32,000 bases of DNA from Nitrosomonas europaea (GTDB lineage: Bacteria > Pseudomonadota > Gammaproteobacteria > Burkholderiales > Nitrosomonadaceae), in contig NZ_FUWK01000023.1 of NCBI RefSeq assembly GCF_900167395.1, positions 13,973 through 45,972 of the forward strand, in the 5' to 3' direction. Positions 22,312 to 28,835 of the stretch are shown here, piece after piece. The notes below the pieces were generated by a model. The model did not search any database, was not told where the DNA came from, and saw nothing but the letters and a program-made list of their open reading frames with translations. The first letter of the stretch is position 1, and the number at the start of each line of letters is the position of its first letter. The translations under genes were made by a program, and so were the position numbers.

Positions 22312-22941
22312 TCACCTGAACCCCCGTCCGCTGTTTCTAACCAATTCTTCCTGCTGCTGCTCGATAATTCGAAGGCCTTCCAGGCTTTGACTTTGCGGCA
22401 AACGGTCCTCATAAAGGCGAATTGTCCGCACCAGTTCGTCGCGCAAACTGTTCATGCGATCGCTGATTTTGATTGGAATCTGCCCGTCCGGCGCCGGCCA
22501 CCGAAGCTCATGATCCAAACCGGCGCGATTGTGCAAATCGCGCGCAGCGTGGTATGTTGCCGCTACCTCATCGCTCAGATTTTGCATATCGGTTGCAGCA
22601 GAAAAAACCGCATCAATCGCGGCTAAAAGTTTCTCAGCAGCCTTTGTCTCAGCCTGAACGGCGCCCAGGTGCGTTTTGTGGGCCTTATCGAACTGCGGCC
22701 TATATTCAGCCTGCCGAAGCACGGAAAGCCTCGATTCCAGCGCCCTTACAGTATCATCGGCGGCCAGCAGACTGTCTTCCAACCCGGTGTGCTCTTTGTT
22801 CAACCGAGCCAGCCCCAGCAGATCGCCGTCTGCGGATAGCCGTGCTTGGGTGTCGCTAAATTCCTTGAACCGCCCCGAGATTTCCGACAGCGTGGCTTTG
22901 GCTGCCAGCAGTTCGGTTTCGATTTTTTTAATCATGGTCAT
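22312..22941 (-). CDS. Hypothetical coiled-coil protein, 209 aa (island cargo)
   Basis: I chose the ATG at 22941 (MTMIKKIETELL...), which has GGAG 8 nt upstream. The track start at 23001 lacks an SD. The sequence is heptad-like and Ala/Leu/Glu/Arg-rich. No family recognised. Confidence 0.7.
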   Translation of the reverse strand: MTMIKKIETELLAAKATLSEISGRFKEFSDTQARLSADGDLLGLARLNKEHTGLEDSLLAADDTVRALESRLSVLRQAEYRPQFDKAHKTHLGAVQAETKAAEKLLAAIDAVFSAATDMQNLSDEVAATYHAARDLHNRAGLDHELRWPAPDGQIPIKISDRMNSLRDELVRTIRLYEDRLPQSQSLEGLRIIEQQQEELVRNSGRGFR

Positions 22942-23140
22942 TGTCCGCTCCAAAGTTAGCATGACTAAGCCTGTCAGCTCGACGGGAAACGGCAGCCACA
23001 TTCACCGATAATTCAAACAACTCGCGCCCTTCAGAGTCAGCCTGTATGGCGCGCTCGTAGTTATCCAGAGCCCTATTCAAATCTGCGAAAGCCTTCCACG
23101 CGGCCTGCAGTGCCAACTGACGGTCATTGCTGTTAAACAT
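22928..23140 (-). CDS. Hypothetical protein, 70 aa (island cargo)
   Basis: ATG with AGGAGG upstream. Its start overlaps the stop of the upstream 72-aa gene (ATGTTTAA arrangement). Its 3' end overlaps the next gene start by 14 nt. Confidence 0.6.
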   Translation of the reverse strand: MFNSNDRQLALQAAWKAFADLNRALDNYERAIQADSEGRELFELSVNVAAVSRRADRLSHANFGADNDHD

Positions 23141-23351
23141 TGTGTTCCTCCTGATTCATCAAAATTTGAACAAGCCCCGTCAACCGCCTAAGGGCATCTA
23201 CTGCCTCGCTGCGCGCCAACTCTAGGGCACGGCAAAGCCCGATATCTGTCTCATCGTCCCAACCAAGAGACGACTCCAGCTCGTCAACCATGCTCGCGCA
23301 AGTTACGTATGAAATCGCCGCATCGACAATCAATGCTCTTATCTCGCTCAT
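23133..23351 (-). CDS. Hypothetical acidic protein, 72 aa (island cargo)
   Basis: ATG with GGGAGG upstream. ATGA start/stop overlap with the upstream HTH gene. Confidence 0.6.
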   Translation of the reverse strand: MSEIRALIVDAAISYVTCASMVDELESSLGWDDETDIGLCRALELARSEAVDALRRLTGLVQILMNQEEHNV

Positions 23352-23578
23352 TGTTGTACCTCCCGAACTAGAACATATCTTGCCACGTTGTGGTGCGACA
23401 GCCCCCGATGATCGGGCACGCCATCACCAAGCACTGTGTTAATAACGTGCCCAGATTTCCGCAGCTCTTGAATCCTTCCCGCCGGGTGAGCGACTCCGTG
23501 ATTCCGCAGTTCGAAAGTGCTCATCGGTTTTACGCGAAGCAACTTCAAAACCGCCTTCTTTTGTGTTTCGGCATCCAT
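23348..23578 (-). CDS. Small winged-helix DNA-binding protein (HTH_39-like), 76 aa
   Basis: From the ATG at 23578 (AGGAG upstream): MDAETQKKAVLKLLRVKPMSTFELRNHGVAHPAGRIQELRKSGHVI...VARYVL. The pattern xTxELRxxGxxHPxxRIxELRxxGxxI matches my memory of Pfam HTH_39. The track ORF start at 23677 adds a Cys-rich leader with no SD. Confidence 0.7.
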   Translation of the reverse strand: MDAETQKKAVLKLLRVKPMSTFELRNHGVAHPAGRIQELRKSGHVINTVLGDGVPDHRGLSHHNVARYVLVREVQQ

Positions 23579-23614
23579 GACAATCTCCTTTTGTAAACGA
23601 AGTGGATAGGGATA

Positions 23615-23642
23615 ATTATACGCGTTCAGGAAGCATAAACAA
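23615..23642 (-). promoter_or_regulatory. Candidate sigma-70 promoter for the HTH/cargo operon
   Basis: The minus strand reads TTGTTT, a 16-nt spacer, then TATAAT. The -10 is at 23620-23615 and the -35 at 23642-23637, about 35 nt upstream of the ATG at 23578. Confidence 0.35.
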
Positions 23643-23759
23643 CCCAAAACACAATATGTTGCGATTAAACAACACAAAATATACTATATATATTGGTTTA
23701 ATATCTGATGGCCCTGTCGGCGGGTCGGTCCAAGTTTGGGCGCATCAGTGGCAAATCAC

Positions 23760-23813
23760 TTTTCCGTTTGAAACGGAGTAGCGCTTTTTTCCGTTTGAAA
23801 CGGAGTAGCGCTT
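23760..23813. repeat. Tandem 27-bp duplication, each unit holding the 15-bp palindrome TCCGTTTGAAACGGA
   Basis: TTTTCCGTTTGAAACGGAGTAGCGC occurs at 23760-23784 and again at 23787-23811, separated by TT. Both copies are perfect. Confidence 0.9.
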
Positions 23814-23989
23814 TTGGCACGAGATCGCCCGCCGTTAAGCCATCCAGCACAGCCCGCACATCGATAAATACATCGGTGCCAGCCTTCACGGGGTGCACTT
23901 ATCGCCGTGTTTGATGGTGCCTGAAATCGTCCATGAATCATTTTTTACTCCGTGATGGTTAATTGTTTACGCCGTGTTAATGATGGCCA

Positions 23990-24280
23990 GCAAGCTTTGG
24001 CAAGGTTTTGGCAAGGAAATGGCAAGGAAATGGCAAAGGTTAATTAATAATTAATTGTTAATAATCAACAACTTACCTTTACTTCTTCCCGAACCTTGCC
24101 ATTGCCCCCCCCTCATCATTTTTTTCCGGTGAAAAATTTGTGCATTTTTGTGTGCATGCAGGCAAAGTCTGAAAATGGCAAGGATTTCGGTATTTTCATT
24201 TAAAATCAACAACTTAAAATTTTAAAAGCTTGCCAAAACCTTGCCATCGTTTGCCAAACCTTGCAAAACCTTGCCAAAGA
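23990..24280. other. Candidate replication origin: phased iterons (TGGCAAGG / CCTTGCCA) flanking AT-rich segments
   Basis: Plus-orientation copies at 23998, 24009, 24020 and 24031 (11-bp phase). An inverted copy at 24094-24101 and a plus copy at 24176-24183. Five inverted copies between 24229 and 24276 (~10-bp phase). AT-rich blocks at 24040-24075 and 24190-24228 each contain AATCAACAACTTA. The region sits directly 3' of the primase/DUF3987 genes. Confidence 0.6.
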
Positions 24281-24283
24281 TTT

Positions 24284-25672
24284 TCACTCGGCCACAGAAA
24301 GCTTATTGTGGGATTTCAACAAAATGCCTTTGACAATCAGGGTATCGATGAAAGCTTTTGACGCCTTGTAATCATCCCGCCCCATATCGGCGAAGGGCTT
24401 GCGGCGCCTGGCCTTTGCTGTCACGGCGGAAACTGCCATAGGCGCCTTGTTTTCACGTAGGATGGAAAGAACGGAATCTGTAGCTGTTTGCAGGCCAGAT
24501 TCACCGGCAGCATCTATCACGGCGCGCATGTGTTCGTGCAGGCTCATAACCAGCTCACAGGCCGCTTCCACGGTGGCAAGTGGTATTTGCACCGGGTAGG
24601 AAAAATCGATTTCTTCATTCTGCATGAACTCAAACGAATGAATCACCGATGCAATCTTCAGGACGTGATTCTCGAACTTGCCCAGCCAGCCGACCATCAC
24701 CGCTTCACCGGCGCGCTCAAGCTTGCCCAGTTCGGCTTCATGGGCAATCCTTTGCTGGCGAATGTACGCACGTCCATCCTTGCACGGCTCAATGATAATC
24801 GGTGGCTTTTCAGCAGCCATTCTTTCCACGCATCGGGTGGCGGCTTTATCGTATTGGCTTGCGTCCACCGTGTGCGGTTCAAACTTCCGGCGGCCCAGCA
24901 AGCTGCGCTCGGCGACGAACAGGAATCGCTCGGTGAGGCCGCTGCCGTTGGAAGCTTGCAGAACGCGCCTGATGCTGCCATTTTGCGCAAACATGACGAC
25001 CTGCGTGCTAACCCTTCCGGTGAAGGCGTTTCGCGTTGATCTGGCACCAGAAACCCAACCGCCATCCCAACCGGTGAGAAGCAGGTCATTGTTCGAATGA
25101 AAGCCGCCTTCCGCCGGGAACAGACTTCTGAACAATCCCTGCTCGCTGCTGGCAAGTGGCAGCCGCCCGCTTTTAGATTCAGCCAGTTTGGAATCAATTG
25201 CTGCTGCCGTGCCGTCTGTGATTAAATCGATAAAATATGGCTTCTGATTCTGCTTGTCAGCCTTGTTGTGCTCGTGAATCTGCTTGTTCAAATCGCGAAT
25301 TGCTGCCTGATAAGCGTGCAGCCCGTAGTTCAGCACACGCGTCTTGCCGGAAGCTGGTGGCTGTTCGCACACGGTGAAAAGTCCCGCCGGAAGCTCGTAA
25401 CCGCTTTCAAACCGCGTCGTAAAGCTGCAGGCCGCCGGAACGCTTGCAGCGCCCAGAATCGTTACAAACACGGTGCCAAAGGGCATTTCTGCCTGCGCAG
25501 CCACATCATGCGCAAACCGGCCGATAACAGTATTTTTACGGAGATAGTCAGGCACTGCGACCGCCGGAACTTCACAGGTGAAAATCCCATTTAAGAATTT
25601 CTCAACGTGCCCTTCATCGGTGACCATCACTTCACCTGCCGATACTGGATCAGGAATCAATGCATTTGTCAT
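24284..25672 (-). CDS. DUF3987-like (YfjI-like) putative replicative NTPase/helicase, 462 aa
   Basis: Walker-A-like PPASGKTRV. The size and the position directly after a Toprim primase (ATGA overlap) are typical of the split P4-alpha-like primase/helicase pair. The family call is from memory, not from a search. Confidence 0.7.
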   Translation of the reverse strand: MTNALIPDPVSAGEVMVTDEGHVEKFLNGIFTCEVPAVAVPDYLRKNTVIGRFAHDVAAQAEMPFGTVFVTILGAASVPAACSFTTRFESGYELPAGLFTVCEQPPASGKTRVLNYGLHAYQAAIRDLNKQIHEHNKADKQNQKPYFIDLITDGTAAAIDSKLAESKSGRLPLASSEQGLFRSLFPAEGGFHSNNDLLLTGWDGGWVSGARSTRNAFTGRVSTQVVMFAQNGSIRRVLQASNGSGLTERFLFVAERSLLGRRKFEPHTVDASQYDKAATRCVERMAAEKPPIIIEPCKDGRAYIRQQRIAHEAELGKLERAGEAVMVGWLGKFENHVLKIASVIHSFEFMQNEEIDFSYPVQIPLATVEAACELVMSLHEHMRAVIDAAGESGLQTATDSVLSILRENKAPMAVSAVTAKARRRKPFADMGRDDYKASKAFIDTLIVKGILLKSHNKLSVAE

Positions 25673-26589
25673 TGCATGTCCCTCCAGTTTTGCAAATCGT
25701 TGAAATCTGATAATTCCATCGGCGCATCATCTGGAAACGGCGGGAACACAACGCCACAATCCAGCGTGCTGGCCGCCAGCAATGCAGCGGTGCGGCCCGG
25801 ATTGTCTTTGGTCAGGCGATCATCGTCTCCGGCGATGACAAGCTCTTTGTGCGGAAACTCACGCCGAATATAACGCCCCACATCCAGCAGATTGCCTGCG
25901 TTCATCGAGCAAAAAACAGCGCAGCCGGTGGATTGGTGAATGGTTGCACCGGTTGCCCAGCCCTCGCAAATGAAGATTCTTTGACCGACTTGAACCGTGC
26001 CAATGGGTGAGTAGCTGCCCTTGATCTTTCCACCGGTGAGGAATCTTTTTTCACCATCTGGCATGATGAACTGAAGGCTCGCAATCTCACTGCCGCTGTA
26101 TAGCGGAACGATCAGGGAATCATTCACGCATCGCAAACCGTGCGACTGAACGTTCTTGTTTATCAGATATGGATGCTCAGAATCAGCCGGCTCGGCGTTA
26201 GCCCAAAGCTTTTGTGCCTTTGCTGCTGCCTCTTTGTGGCGCCGTGCGGTATCGGCTTCCCGCTCAAGCCTCATGGCCTCCACGCGCTTGCGGTGCAATT
26301 CCCGTTCCGCCGGTGTCATTGTGTCGGGCGATTTGCTGCACCAACTCTGCGTAAGCCCCAGCCGCCAACAGCCAAACGCTCCGGCAACCGGGTCATCAGG
26401 ATGGAACACATACCAGCCCGAATCATCGCCCCGCTTGCCATTGCTTGAAAATCGATGCAGCTTGCCGTCATCGATAATCCCCGCCGGCGGTGTTAGTCCG
26501 GCATTGATAATTTCTTGATGAAATGCAGTTAAGTTATTGTTATAATTTGCATGTGCCGTTGGCTGCTTTTTCGAAAGAAGGGTGGCCAT
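25669..26589 (-). CDS. Toprim-domain DNA primase (P4-alpha N-terminal-like), 306 aa
   Basis: Toprim acidic motifs ICEGWATGATI and VIAGDDD. The N-terminal motif is DGKLHRFSSNGKRGDDSGWYVFH...GAFGCWRLG...W, typical of satellite/island primases. GGGAGG SD. Confidence 0.8.
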   Translation of the reverse strand: MATLLSKKQPTAHANYNNNLTAFHQEIINAGLTPPAGIIDDGKLHRFSSNGKRGDDSGWYVFHPDDPVAGAFGCWRLGLTQSWCSKSPDTMTPAERELHRKRVEAMRLEREADTARRHKEAAAKAQKLWANAEPADSEHPYLINKNVQSHGLRCVNDSLIVPLYSGSEIASLQFIMPDGEKRFLTGGKIKGSYSPIGTVQVGQRIFICEGWATGATIHQSTGCAVFCSMNAGNLLDVGRYIRREFPHKELVIAGDDDRLTKDNPGRTAALLAASTLDCGVVFPPFPDDAPMELSDFNDLQNWRDMQ

Positions 26590-26592
26590 TTT

Positions 26593-26754
26593 TTATGCCT
26601 CCCTTTTCGACCAAACCAAAAAACGGTTTGGCAGTTTTTCAGGTACCCAGCCGAAATATTCACCGGTCCAATACAGGCGTGTGCGCACGCTTGCAGGCTT
26701 AACCCCAAACATTGCGGCCAGTTCATCAGTAGTAAGTCTTTGTTTCTCAATCAC
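26593..26754 (-). CDS. Small AlpA/excisionase-like HTH protein, 53 aa (not in the ORF track)
   Basis: My translation is MIEKQRLTTDELAAMFGVKPASVRTRLYWTGEYFGWVPEKLPNRFLVWSKREA. GTG start at 26754 with GAGGTGA 6 nt upstream. The stop lies 4 nt before the primase ATG. The HTH core is LTTDELAAMFGVKPASVRTRL. It replaces the implausible 73-aa ORF 26529-26750 in another frame. Confidence 0.6.
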   Translation of the reverse strand: MIEKQRLTTDELAAMFGVKPASVRTRLYWTGEYFGWVPEKLPNRFLVWSKREA

Positions 26755-26897
26755 AATAATCACCTCACGTCAGGTGACAGGGATTAGAAGCCGGGCGAGT
26801 CGATTCAAAACCGCCAGCTAGCTAATCTCTATCACTTCGAATCGACGTGGCGATATTAATGATTGTGAAGCAGCGTGACAGGTGCCAACAAATCAAA

Positions 26898-27470
26898 TCA
26901 TTTATGGCCCCTATTTTTGTTAAGCCGCCGAACCATTGCGACCGCGTGGCTAAGCTCGGCCAATCCGCGCATATTCAGCTCTGTACGGCAGAACAGCTTT
27001 GCGTTAAGGAGGTCAGTGTCCCTATTGTTAATGCCGCTGGGGCTACCGCTGTCAATGCCGCTGAAGCCCCTGTTGTTTACGTCCTCAATCATCCGGCGAG
27101 CACCGGAATCGGATAAATCAAAATCGCAGTAGGTATGGCCGAACTGCTTTATGAGGAAGTCGGAAACATTCTTCCTCCGTATTTCGGAGTGGCCCTTTGC
27201 GATGAAGTAATATTCGTGCCATGCAATCATTGCGACGAATCGCCAGCCGGCGTCATTGCTGATCGTTGGCCGTCCACGTGCAGGCACAAACCAGCCGCCG
27301 GTTCCCTCTGCTAACTGGCGCTCGATGCCATTCAGAATGAACGCCTGCAGCTCAGCAGGGATGACCATGCCACCACGCTGGGTTCGGTATATGAAATGCC
27401 TCAGCGCCCGGTCTGCGGCGTCTTTTGTGACATCGCCGGTCAGATTTGAGTAGTCATCAAATATTTGCAT
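26898..27470 (-). CDS. Hypothetical protein, 190 aa, between int and the alpA-like gene
   Basis: The ATG at 27470 overlaps the integrase stop by 14 nt. The track alternative is TTG at 27491. No motif recognised. Confidence 0.6.
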   Translation of the reverse strand: MQIFDDYSNLTGDVTKDAADRALRHFIYRTQRGGMVIPAELQAFILNGIERQLAEGTGGWFVPARGRPTISNDAGWRFVAMIAWHEYYFIAKGHSEIRRKNVSDFLIKQFGHTYCDFDLSDSGARRMIEDVNNRGFSGIDSGSPSGINNRDTDLLNAKLFCRTELNMRGLAELSHAVAMVRRLNKNRGHK

Positions 27471-28707
27471 TGGACAAAATCCATTCTTCAATTTTCGTGT
27501 GCCACACTCGGAGCAAATCGACAGGTCGCCGTTTGTAGTGGCGTTCGGCTATTGCTGACGGCTTATGGCCCATAATTTGCGCCGTAATACCTGATGGCGC
27601 TTCAACCCACTCGCTCAAGGTGGCAAAACTGCGCCTTAATCCATGAATCGATAGTGGGGGCAGTCCTGCGGCTTCAATCGCCTGATTGTGGGCTTTCCGT
27701 GGCTCCTGCAGCCTTCCTGATTTTGCTCGCTTACTTGCGAACACAAATTCATTGATTTTCGGCAAGGATTGCAGTAATTGGCTAACGTACGGCGTCAAGG
27801 GGATCGTGCGGCCCGAATGTTCAACCTTATCGGCAAGGTGAATCGTCTGCCACTGGAAATCAACATCTTCCCACCCAAGCCCGGCTAGTTCTTCTCGGCG
27901 TGCACCGGTCAACAGTAGCGATTGCAGATAGGCAGACATCACCGGGTTATCTATTGACCGAACGGCGGCGAACCATGATGCCAATTGCTCGCGCTGCAGG
28001 CAGTCAGTTCGAGCCGTCGGCTTCGGTAGCTCGCGTTTCAGTTTCGCACAAGCGTCAGAATTGACCTGGTTCCTGTAGGCTGGTTGATTGCCACACCAAC
28101 TCAGGAATGTGCCAAGCAGGCTCAGGGCTAGCCGCGCTTGGGCTGGTCGTCGAGTCGCTTCGTTATCCAGCCACTGCGCAACTTTTTCACGGGTGATGCC
28201 CTTCAACGGCAAATCAAGCAGCGGTCGTAAAATTCCTTTCTCGGTGTAAGCTGGCGCACCGATACGGCGGCCACGTGTCACAGGTTCACCGCCATCACGA
28301 GCCATTTTCAGGTGGTCGGCTGCGTGCGCCTCTGACCATTTTCCAGACCGTGCGGCAATGTAGTCACGCCATGCTGGCAGCGCCGGTTCATCGGTGATTC
28401 GTGCTTGCACATCGGCGGCAATCTTCTCTTGTTTAACCAGCCGCGGATCTCGCCCCTGGTCAACCAGTCCCTGCAGCTCACGCGCGCGCTGCCTGGCCTG
28501 TTCAATCGTCCAAACTTCGGTGTCGCCGATTGTTATGCGGATTGATTTGCCGGCGAATCGTCCTTGAAAGATGAACGCGCGTTTCCCAGCGGTTGCCCGA
28601 ACAGCCAGCCCTGGTGTGGCGGTGTCCCATAAAAACGCTTGCGATGCATCGGCAGGGCAGGTATGGGCTGCTATCCTTGATGGCGTCAGTCTGACTTTTG
28701 TAAGCAC
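27457..28707 (-). CDS. int: Tyrosine-type site-specific integrase (P4-like, with DUF4102-like N-terminal arm-binding domain)
   Basis: The catalytic set is readable: LLLTGARREEL (Arg), SIHGLRRSFAT (His-x-x-Arg), GHKPSAIAERHYKRR (His, Tyr). The N-terminus LTPSRIAA...WDTATPGLAVRATAGKRAFIFQGRFAGKSIRITIG is typical of tRNA-targeting island integrases. GTG start with no clear SD. Confidence 0.92.
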   Translation of the reverse strand: MLTKVRLTPSRIAAHTCPADASQAFLWDTATPGLAVRATAGKRAFIFQGRFAGKSIRITIGDTEVWTIEQARQRARELQGLVDQGRDPRLVKQEKIAADVQARITDEPALPAWRDYIAARSGKWSEAHAADHLKMARDGGEPVTRGRRIGAPAYTEKGILRPLLDLPLKGITREKVAQWLDNEATRRPAQARLALSLLGTFLSWCGNQPAYRNQVNSDACAKLKRELPKPTARTDCLQREQLASWFAAVRSIDNPVMSAYLQSLLLTGARREELAGLGWEDVDFQWQTIHLADKVEHSGRTIPLTPYVSQLLQSLPKINEFVFASKRAKSGRLQEPRKAHNQAIEAAGLPPLSIHGLRRSFATLSEWVEAPSGITAQIMGHKPSAIAERHYKRRPVDLLRVWHTKIEEWILSNANI

Positions 28708-28720
28708 TTTGTAAGCAGAT
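28696..28720 (+). repeat. 25-bp repeat TTTTGTAAGCACTTTGTAAGCAGAT (candidate arm-type sites, P arm side), overlapping the int start codon
   Basis: Identical to 21663-21687. It covers the int GTG (28707-28705) and its leader. Confidence 0.55.
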
Positions 28721-28737
28721 TTAGTCGATATCGACCA

Positions 28738-28766
28738 ATTCTAATCTATGTGCTTATCAATGTAAA
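28738..28766 (-). promoter_or_regulatory. Candidate sigma-70 promoter of int
   Basis: The minus strand reads TTTACA (28766-28761), a 17-nt spacer, then TAGAAT (28743-28738). The 12-bp palindrome GTCGATATCGAC (28724-28735) lies immediately downstream, followed by the 25-bp arm repeat. Confidence 0.45.
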
Positions 28767-28835
28767 CAGAAGTAAACCTATGAATTTGAGGGATTTAACT
28801 ATTATCGGGATAGATTGAAATATAGCAGAACTTGA

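Noticed and set aside
23994-24280. Repeat cluster considered as a CRISPR array.
   Set aside because: The repeats are only 8-9 bp at 10-11 bp spacing with no spacers, occur in both orientations, and flank AT-rich DNA. That is an iteron/origin architecture, not CRISPR.
24399-25594. Plus-strand and alternative-frame ORFs inside the DUF3987 gene (24488-25039, 24678-25100, 24697-25197, 25268-25594). Similar ORFs inside the primase, the integrase and the coiled-coil gene (22387-23011).
   Set aside because: They are shadow ORFs in GC-richer island DNA, Arg/Ala/Ser-rich, and fully nested in better-supported genes.
26529-26750. 73-aa track ORF (minus strand) between the 190-aa gene and the primase.
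   Set aside because: Its sequence is not protein-like, it overlaps the primase start, and it has no SD. A different frame in the same interval encodes a clean AlpA-like HTH protein with an SD and tight coupling to the primase.
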